DNA from: Octopus sinensis
Taxonomy: Eukaryota
DNA length: 64,000 bases
Direction of reading: 5' to 3'
Assembly (NCBI RefSeq): GCF_006345805.1
Contig: NC_043001.1
Span: 77,128,001 to 77,192,000 of the forward strand
The translations under genes were made by a program, and so were the position numbers. The notes beneath the pieces were generated by a model. That model saw only the letters and a program-made list of their open reading frames with translations, ran no database searches and was not told the origin of the DNA. The first letter of the stretch is position 1; the number at the start of each line of letters is the position of its first letter. This document shows positions 39,245 to 51,769 of this stretch, piece by piece.

Positions 39245-40135
39245 TTTGTATATATATGTATATATATGTAAGTATATAAATATGTGTTATATATATGTGT
39301 ATAAATATGTTATATATATATATATGTTTATATATATATGTATATATATATGTGTATATATATATGTTTATATATATGTGTATATATATATGTTTATATA
39401 TGTATATATATATGTTTATATATATATGTATATATATATGTTTATATATATATGTGTATATATATATATGTTTATATATATATGTGTATATATATATGTG
39501 TGTATATATATGTGTGTATATATATATGTGTGTGTATATATATATGTGTATATATATATGTGTGTATATATATATGTGTATATATATATATGTGTGTATA
39601 TATATATGTGTATATATATGTGTGTGTATATATATATGTACACATATATATGTACATATATATATGTACATATATGTATATGATATATATATGTATGTAC
39701 ATATATGTATATGATATACATATATGTATGTACATATATGTATATGATATACATATATGTATGTACATATATGTATATGATATACATATATGTATGTACA
39801 TATATGTATATGATATATATATATGTATGTACATATATGTATATGATATATATATGTATGAACATATATATATATGATATATATATGTATGAACATATAT
39901 ATATATGATATATATGTATGAACATATATATATATGATATATATGTATGAACATATATATATATGATATATATGTATGTACAGATATGTATATGATATAT
40001 ATATGTATGAACATATATATATATATGATATATATGTATGTACAGATATGTATATGATATATATATGTATGAACATATATATATATATGATATATATGTA
40101 TGTACAGATATGTATATGATATATATATATATATG
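39245..40135. repeat. Zoned AT-rich micro/minisatellite array
   Basis: Successive zones of TATATATG(T/TT/TG)A units, then roughly 31-bp ATATGTATATGATATACATATATGTATGTAC units, then GAAC-containing units. Confidence 0.9.
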
Positions 40136-40734
40136 TAGGGCTATTAGACAAAAGAAACAGGCTTGGAGGGACTGGAAGAACGGAGGTAGAAGGGAATTGT
40201 ATTAGGCTGCCAGAAGAGAAGCTAGGAGGCAGGTTTATTTAGCCAGAGGGGAAGCAGATAAGAAAAAAATTTGCCAAGGTTCTGTGCCGTGAGGACCAAA
40301 GACTTGAAGTATTTCGTGTTGCAAGACCATGCGTGAGAGAGAATCGTGATGTGGTAAGATAGAAATGTGTCCGTATGGATGATGGTTCATTTGCACTAAA
40401 TGAGGCTGCAAAGAGAGAGGTTTGGAGATGCCACTATGAAAGGTTGCTCAATATATATATACCTGTATATATGTGTCTATATATATATGTATATATATAG
40501 ACATATATATGTATATATATAGACGTATATATGTGTCTATATATAGACATATATATGTATATATATAGACGTATATATGTGTCTATATATATACATATAT
40601 ATAAGTGTATATATATATATATATATGGATTGCTCTGATAACATGGGGATTTGGATGGCTATGATCATAAGTCTTCTTAATCAAGTTTGACCTGTGGCTA
40701 AACAAAGTCACTGATAGGCTGACCATTAACCCAA

Positions 40735-41075
40735 CTGTTGTGTCTGGGGTGAGTCATTCTCTTTTGGTGTCTTATAATTTAACACACTCACTGGTAAAAT
40801 TTCCACTTATTTCATTTTTATTTTTCTAAAGTTTTTGTTGCATCTTGCAACCTTTTCAATATTTTTGATGGAAAACTATTGAAAAGGTTGCAAGACGCAA
40901 TGAAAATTTTAGAAAAGTAAAAAAGAAATAAGTGGAAATTTTACCGGTGGGTGTGTTAAATTATAAGACACCAAAAGAGAATGACTCTCCCCAGACACAA
41001 GAGAATATGCTTCAACACACGAACTCACATAAAGAATCTTGTAAACCAAATCCAAAAACGAAATTAACCCAACCG
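40735..41075. repeat. Foldback element, same family as 33741-34040
   Basis: Arms 40735-40862 and 40876-41003. The right-hand extension matches the left-hand extension of the 33.7 kb copy. Confidence 0.9.
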
Positions 41076-41999
41076 TTTAACTCAAAATTCTATGTTAATT
41101 GCTGACTAAACACATTATCATTGTTTCAGCATCTACTTTTCTGTGCTTACACTGATCAGACATGTCTACATCATCCTCATCAACATTTAACACCCACTTT
41201 TCATGCTGGCATGGGATGGATGGCTTGACAGAAGCTGGCAAGGGCGGGGGCTACACAAGGTTTCATAGTCTGTTTTGGTTTGGTTTCTATGGCCAGATGC
41301 CCTTCCTAATGCCAACCACTCCACAGAGTGCACTGGGTGCTTTTTATATGACACCAGCACCCATACCAATGCGTTTTACATAGAACCTTGGTTTTAGGAT
41401 CTCAATTCTGTTGTGGTGGGCAGGTTGTCTTGAGTACAGCAATGTACCACAAATCTTGGTCCTCTGTCATCTCCTTTGTACAAATTTATATATCATACCT
41501 TGTTTATATCACACTGCTATCAATTATTCCTAGATTGTCTTATCTTTGTTATCTCTCTTACATGATACAGATGTAAATATATTTCAATTGTTCCAGTAGC
41601 TAACAAAACCTATAAATGAACTTTTGACTGGGTGGTATGAAATTTTGTAATCAATTTATCTTTTAACGTTGTTGAGGTCAAATTTGCCTCTCATTCTTTT
41701 GTAATCCATTAACCATGAAATAAGGACAATTTGAGCACTGGAACTGATGTAATTCACTGGCGCCTTCCCTCAAATTTTTATGCCTTATGCCTTGAGTGGG
41801 AAGGATTATTTATTATCTTTTATCATTTACTTGTTTCAGTCAGTTATCTGTGGCCATGCTGGAGTTTATTCGTCAAACAAATTGACCATTGTACTTTTTT
41901 TTCCTAGGCTTGGTACTAAATCTATCTGTCACTGTTTGTCATACAGCGAGATAATGAGGACATAAGCCAGCCAATACTAGTTGTTAACTTGTATATATA

Positions 42000-42055
<56 letters not shown>

Positions 42056-42454
42056 CGTGCGTGTGTGTGTGTGTATGCATGTGTGTATATGTGTATATGT
42101 GTGAGCGTGTTTGTATATATATGTGTATATATGTGTATATATATGATATATTTGTATATATATATATATGTATTTGTATATATGTGTATATATATGATAT
42201 ATTTGTATATATATATATATGTATTTGTATATATGTGCATATATGTATATGTATATATGTGCATATATGTATATGTATATATGTGTATATATATATGATA
42301 TATTTGTATATATATATATGTATTTGTATATATATATATGTATTTGTATATATGTGCATATATGTATATGTATATATGTGCATATATGTATATGTTTATA
42401 TGTGTGTATATATATGTACTTTTATATATATACATATATATGTATATATGTATA

Positions 42455-42480
<26 letters not shown>

Positions 42481-42492
<12 letters not shown>

Positions 42493-43369
42493 TTATGTTT
42501 ATGTATATACATGTATTTATGAATGTATATATGTATGTATATATGTATTTATGAATGTATATACGTATGTGCATATGCATTTATGTGTGTGTGTATATAT
42601 ATATATATATGTATGTATTTATGAATGTATATATATATATGTATGCATATATGTATTTATGTATGTATATATGTATTTATGTATGTATATATCACAGTGA
42701 TTACCGTGGCTGACCAGGCTATCAGATGTTGCTATATATCGCTGGTCACAATGCGCTTTGCATTGTTTAACCTTCAATGATGCCACCCTGCTGTTACCTG
42801 TTTCAATCATTCGACTGTGGTCATACTGGAGCACCACCTTGAGGGATTTTAGTCAAACAAAACAACCCCAGGACTTATTCTTTGTATGAGTATCTTTCTG
42901 TTTTGTGTTCATCACCACTTGACAACCAGTGTTGGTGTGTTTACATCCCTGTATCATAGCAGTGCGACAAAAGACACCAGTGGAATAAGTACTAGGCTTA
43001 AAAAAATAAGTCACAGGGTTGATTTGTTCAATTAAAATCCTTCAAGGTGGTGCTCCAGTATTGCAGCAGTCAAATGCCTGTAGCAAATAAAACACACACA
43101 CACACACACACAATATTGAAGGCAACTATATGCAATATTAAACGAGAAGGAAAAATTCAATTACCACTAATTGTGACTGAGTGTGCCAGGTAGTACCTTT
43201 ATTGCTAGAAATAAGAGTTAAAAATAAGCAGTGGGCTTCTTTTTTTCAGTTTCTGTCTATCAAGTTCGCTCACAAGGCTTTGGTTGGCCCAAGGCTGTAG
43301 TAGAAGACACTTGTCCAAAGTGCAACACAGTGGGACTGAACCCAGAACCTTATGGGTTTGGGAAATGCA

Positions 43370-43421
<52 letters not shown>

Positions 43422-44313
43422 ATATAATATATTTATGTTTATGTATATACATGTATTTATGAATGTATATATGTATGTATATATGTATTTATGAATGTAT
43501 ATACGTATGTGCATATGCATTTATGTGTGTGTGTATATATATATATATATGTATGTATTTATGAATGTATATATATATATGTATGCATATATGTATTTAT
43601 GTATGTATATATGTATTTATGTATGTATATATCACAGTGATTACCGTGGCTGACCAGGCTATCAGATGTTGCTATATATCGCTGGTCACAATGCGCTTTG
43701 CATTGTTTAACCTTCAAATGATGCCACCCTGCTGTTACCTGTTTCAATCATTCGACTGTGGTCATACTGGAGCACCACCTTGAGGGATTTTAGTCAAACA
43801 AAACAACCCCAGGACTTATTCTTTGTATGAGTATCTTTCTGTTTTGTGTTCATCACCACTTGACAACCAGTGTTGGTGTGTTTACATCCCTGTATCATAG
43901 CAGTGCGACAAAAGACACCAGTGGAATAAGTACTAGGCTTAAAAAAATAAGTCACAGGGTTGATTTGTTCAATTAAAATCCTTCAAGGTGGTGCTCCAGT
44001 ATTGCAGCAGTCAAATGCCTGTAGCAAATAAAACACACACACACACACACACACAATATTGAAGGCAACTATATGCAATATTAAACGAGAAGGGAAAAAT
44101 TCAATTACCACTAATTGTGACTGAGTGTGCCAGGTAGTACCTTTATTGCTAGAAATAAGAGTTAAAAATAAGCAGTGGGCTTCTTTTTTTCAGTTTCTGT
44201 CTATCAAGATCGCTCACAAGGCTTTGGTTGGCCCAAGGCTGTAGTAGAAGACACTTGTCCAAAGTGCAACACAGTGGGACTGAACCCAGAACCTTATGGG
44301 TTTGGGAAATGCA

Positions 44314-44320
<7 letters not shown>
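42481..44320. repeat. Near-identical tandem duplication, unit about 940-944 bp
   Basis: 42481-43375 versus 43421-44318; by eye one substitution and three small indels. Both junctions are (TA)n tracts. Confidence 0.9.
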
Positions 44321-44367
<47 letters not shown>

Positions 44368-45884
44368 AGGACGGCTGTCTGGTGAGGAAGCTTGCTTTCC
44401 AACCAACTATCTGTGGCTTCAGGTGGAATTTCCATCATACACAAACTTGAGCATTATGTCCTTGAGTAAAGCACATCATTTCACATTGTTTCAATCTACT
44501 CAGTTAAAAGAAGCAACAACTGAGTACTGGTACAGTCCTCCCTCCATCTTTGTATCTGCCACATCCTGGATGTTCTACAAGTCTAAAATGTGGAGGGCAA
44601 GAGAATGTCTGTGTCTCCTTGAAACTACATAGGCACCTAAAACAACTAGCAAAAGCATGATACCTGCTACCAGGTCATACTTCACATTTTTTACATTCAG
44701 CACTTCACTTCTTTTGGAGCATAGGCCATTGGCAACTTTTCTCTCCTGCTCTTGACTCTGGGTTGTCTTCATAGCTTCTCTCCAATCAGATTCCTGCTTT
44801 TTCTTGCAGCTTGCTTTTGTATTTTGCCGCACTGCACCACGTTTCCCTAGGAGAAGGTTATCTTCTCCCAAGTCTTGTTGGTTTTGAATTTTCAGTGATG
44901 CTTCTGTAACTTAGCTTTTATCTAGTTAGAAATGTTGGCCCTAAGCAAACCTGTTTTTACCTCTGGAAATAGTTGGTTCATTATTAGTATAACCCCTAGA
45001 TTTTGACCCATCAATGGGTGGCCCTATGAGGATCTTGCACTCTGCTGGCATCACTCTCAGGGTCATTGAGGCACCCAAACTACCATACCACAAAAAAGTG
45101 TAGACCTTGTGGTGGAGGTCACTTTTTGTTTTTTTTTTCTCTTAGGAGAGAGTTCCAAACAAGGTAAGAAGCCACTTACTATAAAGGAATTTGAAGAAGG
45201 AGAAATTAGGAGAAAAAGAATGAATTTCCTTTTGACTTGAAAAAGTTTAGGTCATAAGGAAAAGGAAAACAATGACATGGAAGAGAGTTCCTAAATCTGG
45301 CTGTTCAAGAGAAAAAAAGCCATGAATGTAGAAAGACTTCCTTATTTGTGGAAGCACAACAGCATTTGGATGAAGATGCTGTGATGTCAAAATAAGGTGA
45401 GATGGCACAAAGCGATCTGGAACTAAGGGAGACAAAGTTCATCAGAGAACTTCCCATGACAATATTGACAAAAAAGACCAAGACTGGCTACGTCACAGTG
45501 ATGTGACAAGGGTTGCAAAGTTAAAGCTAAAGAGAGACTAATCAAATTAGAAACTTACTTCTGAACCTGGTCGAGGAGTTCCAAGCAACTAGGTAGTGCC
45601 CTTGCCCCAGTATGACAACAGCATGGTGGCTGTGGTCTGTGTACAAACTTTTAGAAATTAAGACATGCAGTTTTACATGTTCTTTGTGTGCAATTTATTG
45701 TGCAGGAATTGTCAAGGAGAGCTGATGTAGACTGTAATAAAATTTATATATTATTGTAGTTTCTTTGTAGAGTTAAATGTTGTTGATATGCCTGCTTTGC
45801 AGTAAATTCATGCTTTATTTTGCTTTCAGTACAACCTTTTATGTACATTGTGAATGGTATAGAGGCACCACTACTCTCTTTTAT

Positions 45885-46089
45885 ATCTTATACTTGTTTC
45901 AATCATTTGACTGTGGCCATGCTGGAGCACTGCCTTTAGTTGAAGAAATCGACCCCCAAGACTTATTCTTTCTAAGCCTAGTACTTATTCTATTGGTTTC
46001 TTTTGCCAAACCACTAAGTTACGGGGACATAAACACCCCAGCATCAGTTGTCAAGATATGTTGGGGGACAAACACAGACACACAAACAT

Positions 46090-46127
<38 letters not shown>

Positions 46128-46290
46128 CAGGCTTCTTTCAGTTTCCTTCTACCAAATCCACTCACAAGGCTTTGGTTGGCCTGAGGCTGTAGTATAAGAC
46201 ACTTGCCCAAGGTGCCATGCAGTGGGACTGAACGCAGAACCATGTGGTTGGTAAGCAAGGTACTTAGCACACAGCCACTCCTGCGTCACT
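45885..46290 (-). mobile_element. Family A CORE-type SINE
   Basis: Collinear with 11463-11868. Its 5' head is tandemly amplified (next feature). Confidence 0.85.
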
Positions 46291-46440
46291 TACCACACAG
46301 CCACTCCTGCGTCACTTACCACACAGGCACTCCTGCGCCACTTACCACACAGGCACTCCTGTGCCACTTATCACACAGCCACTCCTGCGCCACTTACCAC
46401 ACAGCCACTCCTGTGCAACTTACCACACAGCCACTCCTGA
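46263..46440 (-). repeat. 7 x 26-bp tandem repeat of the SINE 5' head containing the A box
   Basis: + strand unit CTTACCACACAGCCACTCCTGCGCCA; minus strand TGGCGCAGGAGTGGCTGTGTGGTAAG. Confidence 0.9.
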
Positions 46441-47871
46441 TAAGTACCTCAGCCTGGTACTTTTTTTTTTAAACTCATACTTATTCTATTGATCTCTTTT
46501 ACTGAACAGCTAATGTTACAGAGTTATTAAAAATAAACCCAACAACTCTTGTCAAACAGTGAGGGCAGGAGAACATGAATATGCACATACACACATACAC
46601 ACACACACACAGAAGCACACACACGTAAATTCACACATGGCTGTTGGAGCAGGTGTGACCAAGTACAGTTGTGACCGAATACAGATATGGGTGTGAGATA
46701 AAAAGTTTGCTTCCATAAACCACAGGGCTCTGGGCTCAGTCCCATTGTGTGGGTGGAATCTTGTCTTCCACTACAGCCCTGGGCTGAGCAAAGCCTACTG
46801 AGTGGATTTGGTCGATGGAAACTGAAAGAAGCCTATCCAGTCATATGTATGTGTGTGTGTGAGCGAGGCCTTGCCTTGACATTACATGATCACTGTAAAT
46901 GAGTGTCAGTCGTATAATATTCTGTGAAAACATGTCTAGCCACAAAGATATATTTATTACCTTGCTTGTAAACAAGTGAAACTTGACAACAGGAGAGGAA
47001 ATCAGGTGTAGAAAATCTACCCACACAAATTTCACTCAACCCATACAACCATAAAAAAAAAGCATTAAAATGATGATTACAATGCCAATGACATTACTGA
47101 TATTTATAATTTTGACCGTAAAAATCACATCTGGGTAACCATGTCCCAAATGAATAAACCAAACACATTAACGCAATGAAATACTGCATAAGAACTTGGT
47201 TGTTGTTCTGGTTATTCACAGCCATGACAGCTGCATATTCCCAACCTCCCTTTGTTTTTACTTCCCTTTATTTCCATGTCCCCTTTACAACTCTAACTCT
47301 AGGCTCAGGACCCCATATCTGATAGGGAAATAGCTTTGTTTATTGTCATACTTTGTTATTTACACAAACTAACCTGATCAATCATTTTCTATAAGAATAC
47401 TCTGACCTACATTCTCATACAACAGATGGAATTTTTATTGAGTTTTCTATTATGTATTATTATTTTTAATTGTATCAAATGAAAAAAAGTCTCTAGACTG
47501 AGACAGACAGAAACAAGGTATATGCTCCTTGTATTTGAATACTATTCAAATGTCCTTTCAAAATACTTTTCATTCAATTTTTCCAAAATTTAATTGTTTT
47601 CCATACTTACTGTTGGAAAAGTCTCAATGACCGAAACCAGTACTGAAATGTTTTTTGTAAAATTATTTTAGCATTTCCTACTTTGACTTTTTCTCCATAT
47701 ACACACGCACACACACACACACAGACACACACACATATACACACACATATATGTACATTATTATGTGCTTATATATTCATATATATATTCAATATATGAC
47801 TGCGTGTGTATCGATGGCGATTTTTTTTTTTCCCCTCCATCTTCCTTTCCTTGGATCTTTCCTTTTTCTAT

Positions 47872-47906
47872 GTTTCTGATGAAGAGCTCCGCTTGAAACG
47901 TTAAAT
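47872..47906 (+). ncRNA. Minimal type-I hammerhead-like motif in a PLE terminal-repeat remnant (about 47795-48005)
   Basis: GTTT-CTGATGA-A-GAGC-TCC-GCTT-GAAAC-GTT-AAAT. Core intact with an extra A after A9, 4-bp stem II and palindromic helix III (ACGT). Activity untested. Confidence 0.55.
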
Positions 47907-48166
47907 CCTTCTTTCTTTCCTTTCCTGAGCATCCAATAACACTATACTTGTTCCATGTCCTTGTGTTGTTGTGTTTTCTCTTTCTGTTGTCATATTTGGA
48001 TTAACTTCAAAACGGAGTGGTTGGCGTTAGGAAGGGTATCCAGCTGTAGAAACATTGCCAGATAAGACTGGAGCCTGGTGCAGCCTTCTGGCTTCCCAGA
48101 TCCCCGGTTGAACCGTCCAACCCATGCTAGCATGGAGAACGGACGTTAAACGATGATGATATATAT

Positions 48167-48209
<43 letters not shown>

Positions 48210-48560
48210 CTTATCATCATCTTTTAACGTCTGTTTTCCATGCTGGCATGGGTTGGACGGTTTGACTGGGGACTGGCAAGATAGGAGGCCACACCCACTG
48301 CTCTCTTGGAGTGGTTGGCATTAGGAAGGGCAACCAGCTGTAGAAACTCTGCCAGATCAGATTGGTGTCTGGTGCAGACATCTGGTTCGCCAGACCTCAG
48401 TCAAATTGTCCAATCCATGTTAGCATGGAAAGCGGACGTTAAACAATGATGATGATGTATATATGTGTATATATGTATATGTATGTCTATATATATGTGT
48501 ATATATATGTGTATATATGTATATGTATGTCTATATATATGTGTATATATATGTGTATAT

Positions 48561-48598
<38 letters not shown>

Positions 48599-48644
48599 TT
48601 GTTTATATATATGTGCGTATTTATTTATATGCGTATATATATAT

Positions 48645-49008
48645 TCTTTTATTCTTTTACTTGTTTCAATCATTTGATTTGGCCATGCTGGAGCACCGTC
48701 TTTGGCTGAGCAAATCTCTGTAAGCTTAATACCTATCCAGTTGGTCACTTTTGCCAAACCGCTAAGTTCCGGGCACGTAGACACACCAGTATCAGTTGTT
48801 ATGTGATACTGGGGGGCAAACACAGATACACATACATATATATGTATGACAGGCTTCTTTGAGTTTCCGTTTACCAAATCCACTCACAAGGCTTTGGTCA
48901 TCCCGAGGCTATAGTGGAAGACACTTGTCCAAGGTGCCATGCAGCGAGACTGAACCCAGAACCATGTGGTTGATAAGCAAGCTACTTACCATACAGCTGC
49001 TCCTGTGC
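48645..49008 (-). mobile_element. Family A CORE-type SINE
   Basis: Collinear with 11463-11868. Confidence 0.8.
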
Positions 49009-49009
49009 C

Positions 49010-49042
<33 letters not shown>

Positions 49043-50455
49043 ATATGTATATATATGTGCATATATGTATATATAAAGTGCACACACACTGGATACATAT
49101 ATAAAGAGGGAGAGAGAGAGAGAGAGAGAGTCAGAAAGAGAAAGAGAAGGAGAAAGGAAGAAAAGAAGAAAAGATTATTGATTTATGTCATTGACACAAA
49201 TGATCATATGACTTGCTGTGTGAGCAGTATGTTGTTTTCACAAAAGAAAAAGGTTGAAGGCACCAAATGGTGGCACAACTGTTTTGAAATATCTATTGAA
49301 TGTCCAGCCAGTCATAAAACTTAATGTCTGAAATAAGGAAAGGCCACATTGTATAAGCCCTGTGGTGTAGTGGTTAGTGTGTTGCTCTCATGAGAGTAAC
49401 ATCTTGGTTTTGATTCCCAGTCTAGACAGTACATTGTGTTCTTGAACTAAACGCTTAATTTCACGTCGATTTGCTCGACTAAAGGCGGTGCCCCAGCATG
49501 GCCGCAGTCAAATGACTGAAACAAATAAAAGAATAAAAGAATAGATATTCTATAGAACTTATAACCAGAACCAATTTTTGTTAAACTGTTTCATATCGAG
49601 ATATCAGATGTAAACAAACAATGATATTGAAGACAAAAATTGGTATGCCCCTTCATCAAAACCCCTGAAATGCGGCATGTACACTCATTACCCATTTTTG
49701 GGTAATTTCTATAGAATATCTGTAGAAATGACTTTAACAAAATAATTGGTAGAATAAGCACCAGGCTTTAAAAAATGGAAAAAGTACTGGGGTTCGTTTG
49801 ACTAAGAATTCGTGAAGGCGGTGTCCCTGCATGGCTGCTGTCTCATGACTGAAACAAGGAAAAGATAAAAGGTATATATTTCCCACCCGGATGGGATGCT
49901 AGTCCATTGCAGGATTACTCATTTTTGTCAGCTGAGTGAAATGGAACATCGGGTTTTGTTGAAGAGCACAGTGTGTCACCCAGTGCACCTGGGAAACTGG
50001 CCCCTGTGAGTCTTGAGTCAGGAAGGATCTTTATCCTTTTTATCCTATATATTTATTACAAGGCCATCAAAGCCTCATGTGAGTGGATTTAGTAAAAGGA
50101 AACTGAAAGAAGCCTGTCACACACACACACACACGCACACATGTATGTTTGTGAGTTGTTGTTTTCTTGTCTTGACAGCGTATGATTGGTGTAAAGAAGT
50201 GTCACTATCATACAAGATATGTAAAGTCAGTTACAGTATTCTGTGGAAACAGATTTGGCCATGGGCGAAATATTGCCCTGCTTGGAAATAAGGTGAGGGT
50301 TGGTGACAGGAAGGGTGTCTGGATGTAGTGTAGACAATCTGTCTCAACAAATTCCATCTGACCCATGCAAGTGAATGTTAAAACAGTGATGATGATGATG
50401 ATGATAATTTATAATTGATTTATATTATATATATGTATGTTTCTCTCTCTTCCAG

Positions 50456-50531
50456 AACCTAAATGACAATTTTATACCAAACATGAAACAACTCAGTTTG
50501 TCTGCTCGAAACTACTATAAAGCCCTAACAA
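50456..50531 (+). CDS. BAIAP2: Internal coding exon of an IRSp53/BAIAP2-family I-BAR (IMD) protein, helix 1 (NLNDNFIPNMKQLSLSARNYYKALT+1 nt)
   Basis: Acceptor ttctctctcttccag, donor gtaagt, 76 nt, phase 0 to phase 1. Aligns to human IRSp53 TIMEQFNPSLRNFIAMGKNYEKALA (F-x-P and NY-x-KAL shared). As I recall, human exon 2 is also 76 nt. The symbol denotes the family; which paralogue is not resolved. Confidence 0.9.
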
Positions 50532-51769
50532 GTAAGTAACCATTTTTTTTTACTCTTCCTCTTCATTTTTCTCTGTGTATTTGTTAGTTTGTGGTTCTCA
50601 TCTATTCTCTTCTTTACTCTTACTCTCACACAAATCCTCTCACTCTCACTCTCTCCCTTTAGCTTCATTTTTTCCATTTCACAGTATTCCATTAACTCTC
50701 TCTCCCCTTCCTACACTTTCTCTTATCTCTTATTTCCCTTGATCTCATCATTTAACTCACAGCAAAACACAACTGGGTTATAAATGAAATAACATGGAGG
50801 ACAGACTAAGACATGTACAAAAGATGTAAAAAAAGATGTCAGGGTCTCTGGACTGAATGATAAAAATGGATGAGTCATGAGGAGAATGGGAAAAATATAT
50901 GAAATGAAAAAGGAAGGATAGTAACAAAAACATTTAGTAAGCGACAGAGATATTTGTAAGCTAAATAAGCAAACAAAAGGTAGAAAGGTAGACAGAAATG
51001 TAGAAAAAGAATGATAGAGGGAGAGAAAGATTGGAAATACAGAAGGAAGAGTGCACAATCAAGGAAAAGGAGAATAGAGAGATTGTCAAGTGAGAGGGGG
51101 TAGATAGAAAGAATAACATAATAGTGATGAAAGGTAATGAAGGAAAAAGGACAGATAGATACTTAGAGAGAAGTTGTCTCAAGAAATGGGAACCACAAGC
51201 AGTGGGGTCAGAAAAAAGTGCATAACATTACAATGATTGGTAATAGTAAAATCTGGCACAAGAGGACTACAGGAGTTATACGTGAGATATTTCAAGTTTC
51301 GTGTTTGGTTAGTGCAATAAGCATATAGAGTTGTATAGCATATCATGCCTGAATGATTGCTTGATTGCTCATGATCTGCTATGCAAGCACATCTGATCAC
51401 TGCATTATCTAAGCATGAAACTTGAGGTAGCTCAGGTATAACTCCAGTATTCATTCAGTCATATTTATTTCTCATTTCTCACAGGATTTAGTACTTTTTT
51501 CCACTGATCCTAACAAGCAAACATCATACTGTGAACCTGTCTGTCTGTGTGTGTGTATGTGTATATGTATATGTATATATATATATATATTATATATATA
51601 TATATATGTGCACACACACACACACACACATATATATGTGTGTGTGTGTTTCTCCCCTCCCTTAGTACTCCCTTCTCTCTCTCTCTCCCCCCTATTGCCT
51701 TCGTCCCTTTCTTCCCCTCTCTCTTTGATTCCTTGCTCCCTGCCTTCCTTTTTCTTTCTCTTTCTTCCG

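Noticed and set aside
45180-45600. Coding-like purine-rich stretch (..NKVRWHK..)
   Set aside because: Stops occur in all frames and I cannot assign a family; at most an old transposon fragment.
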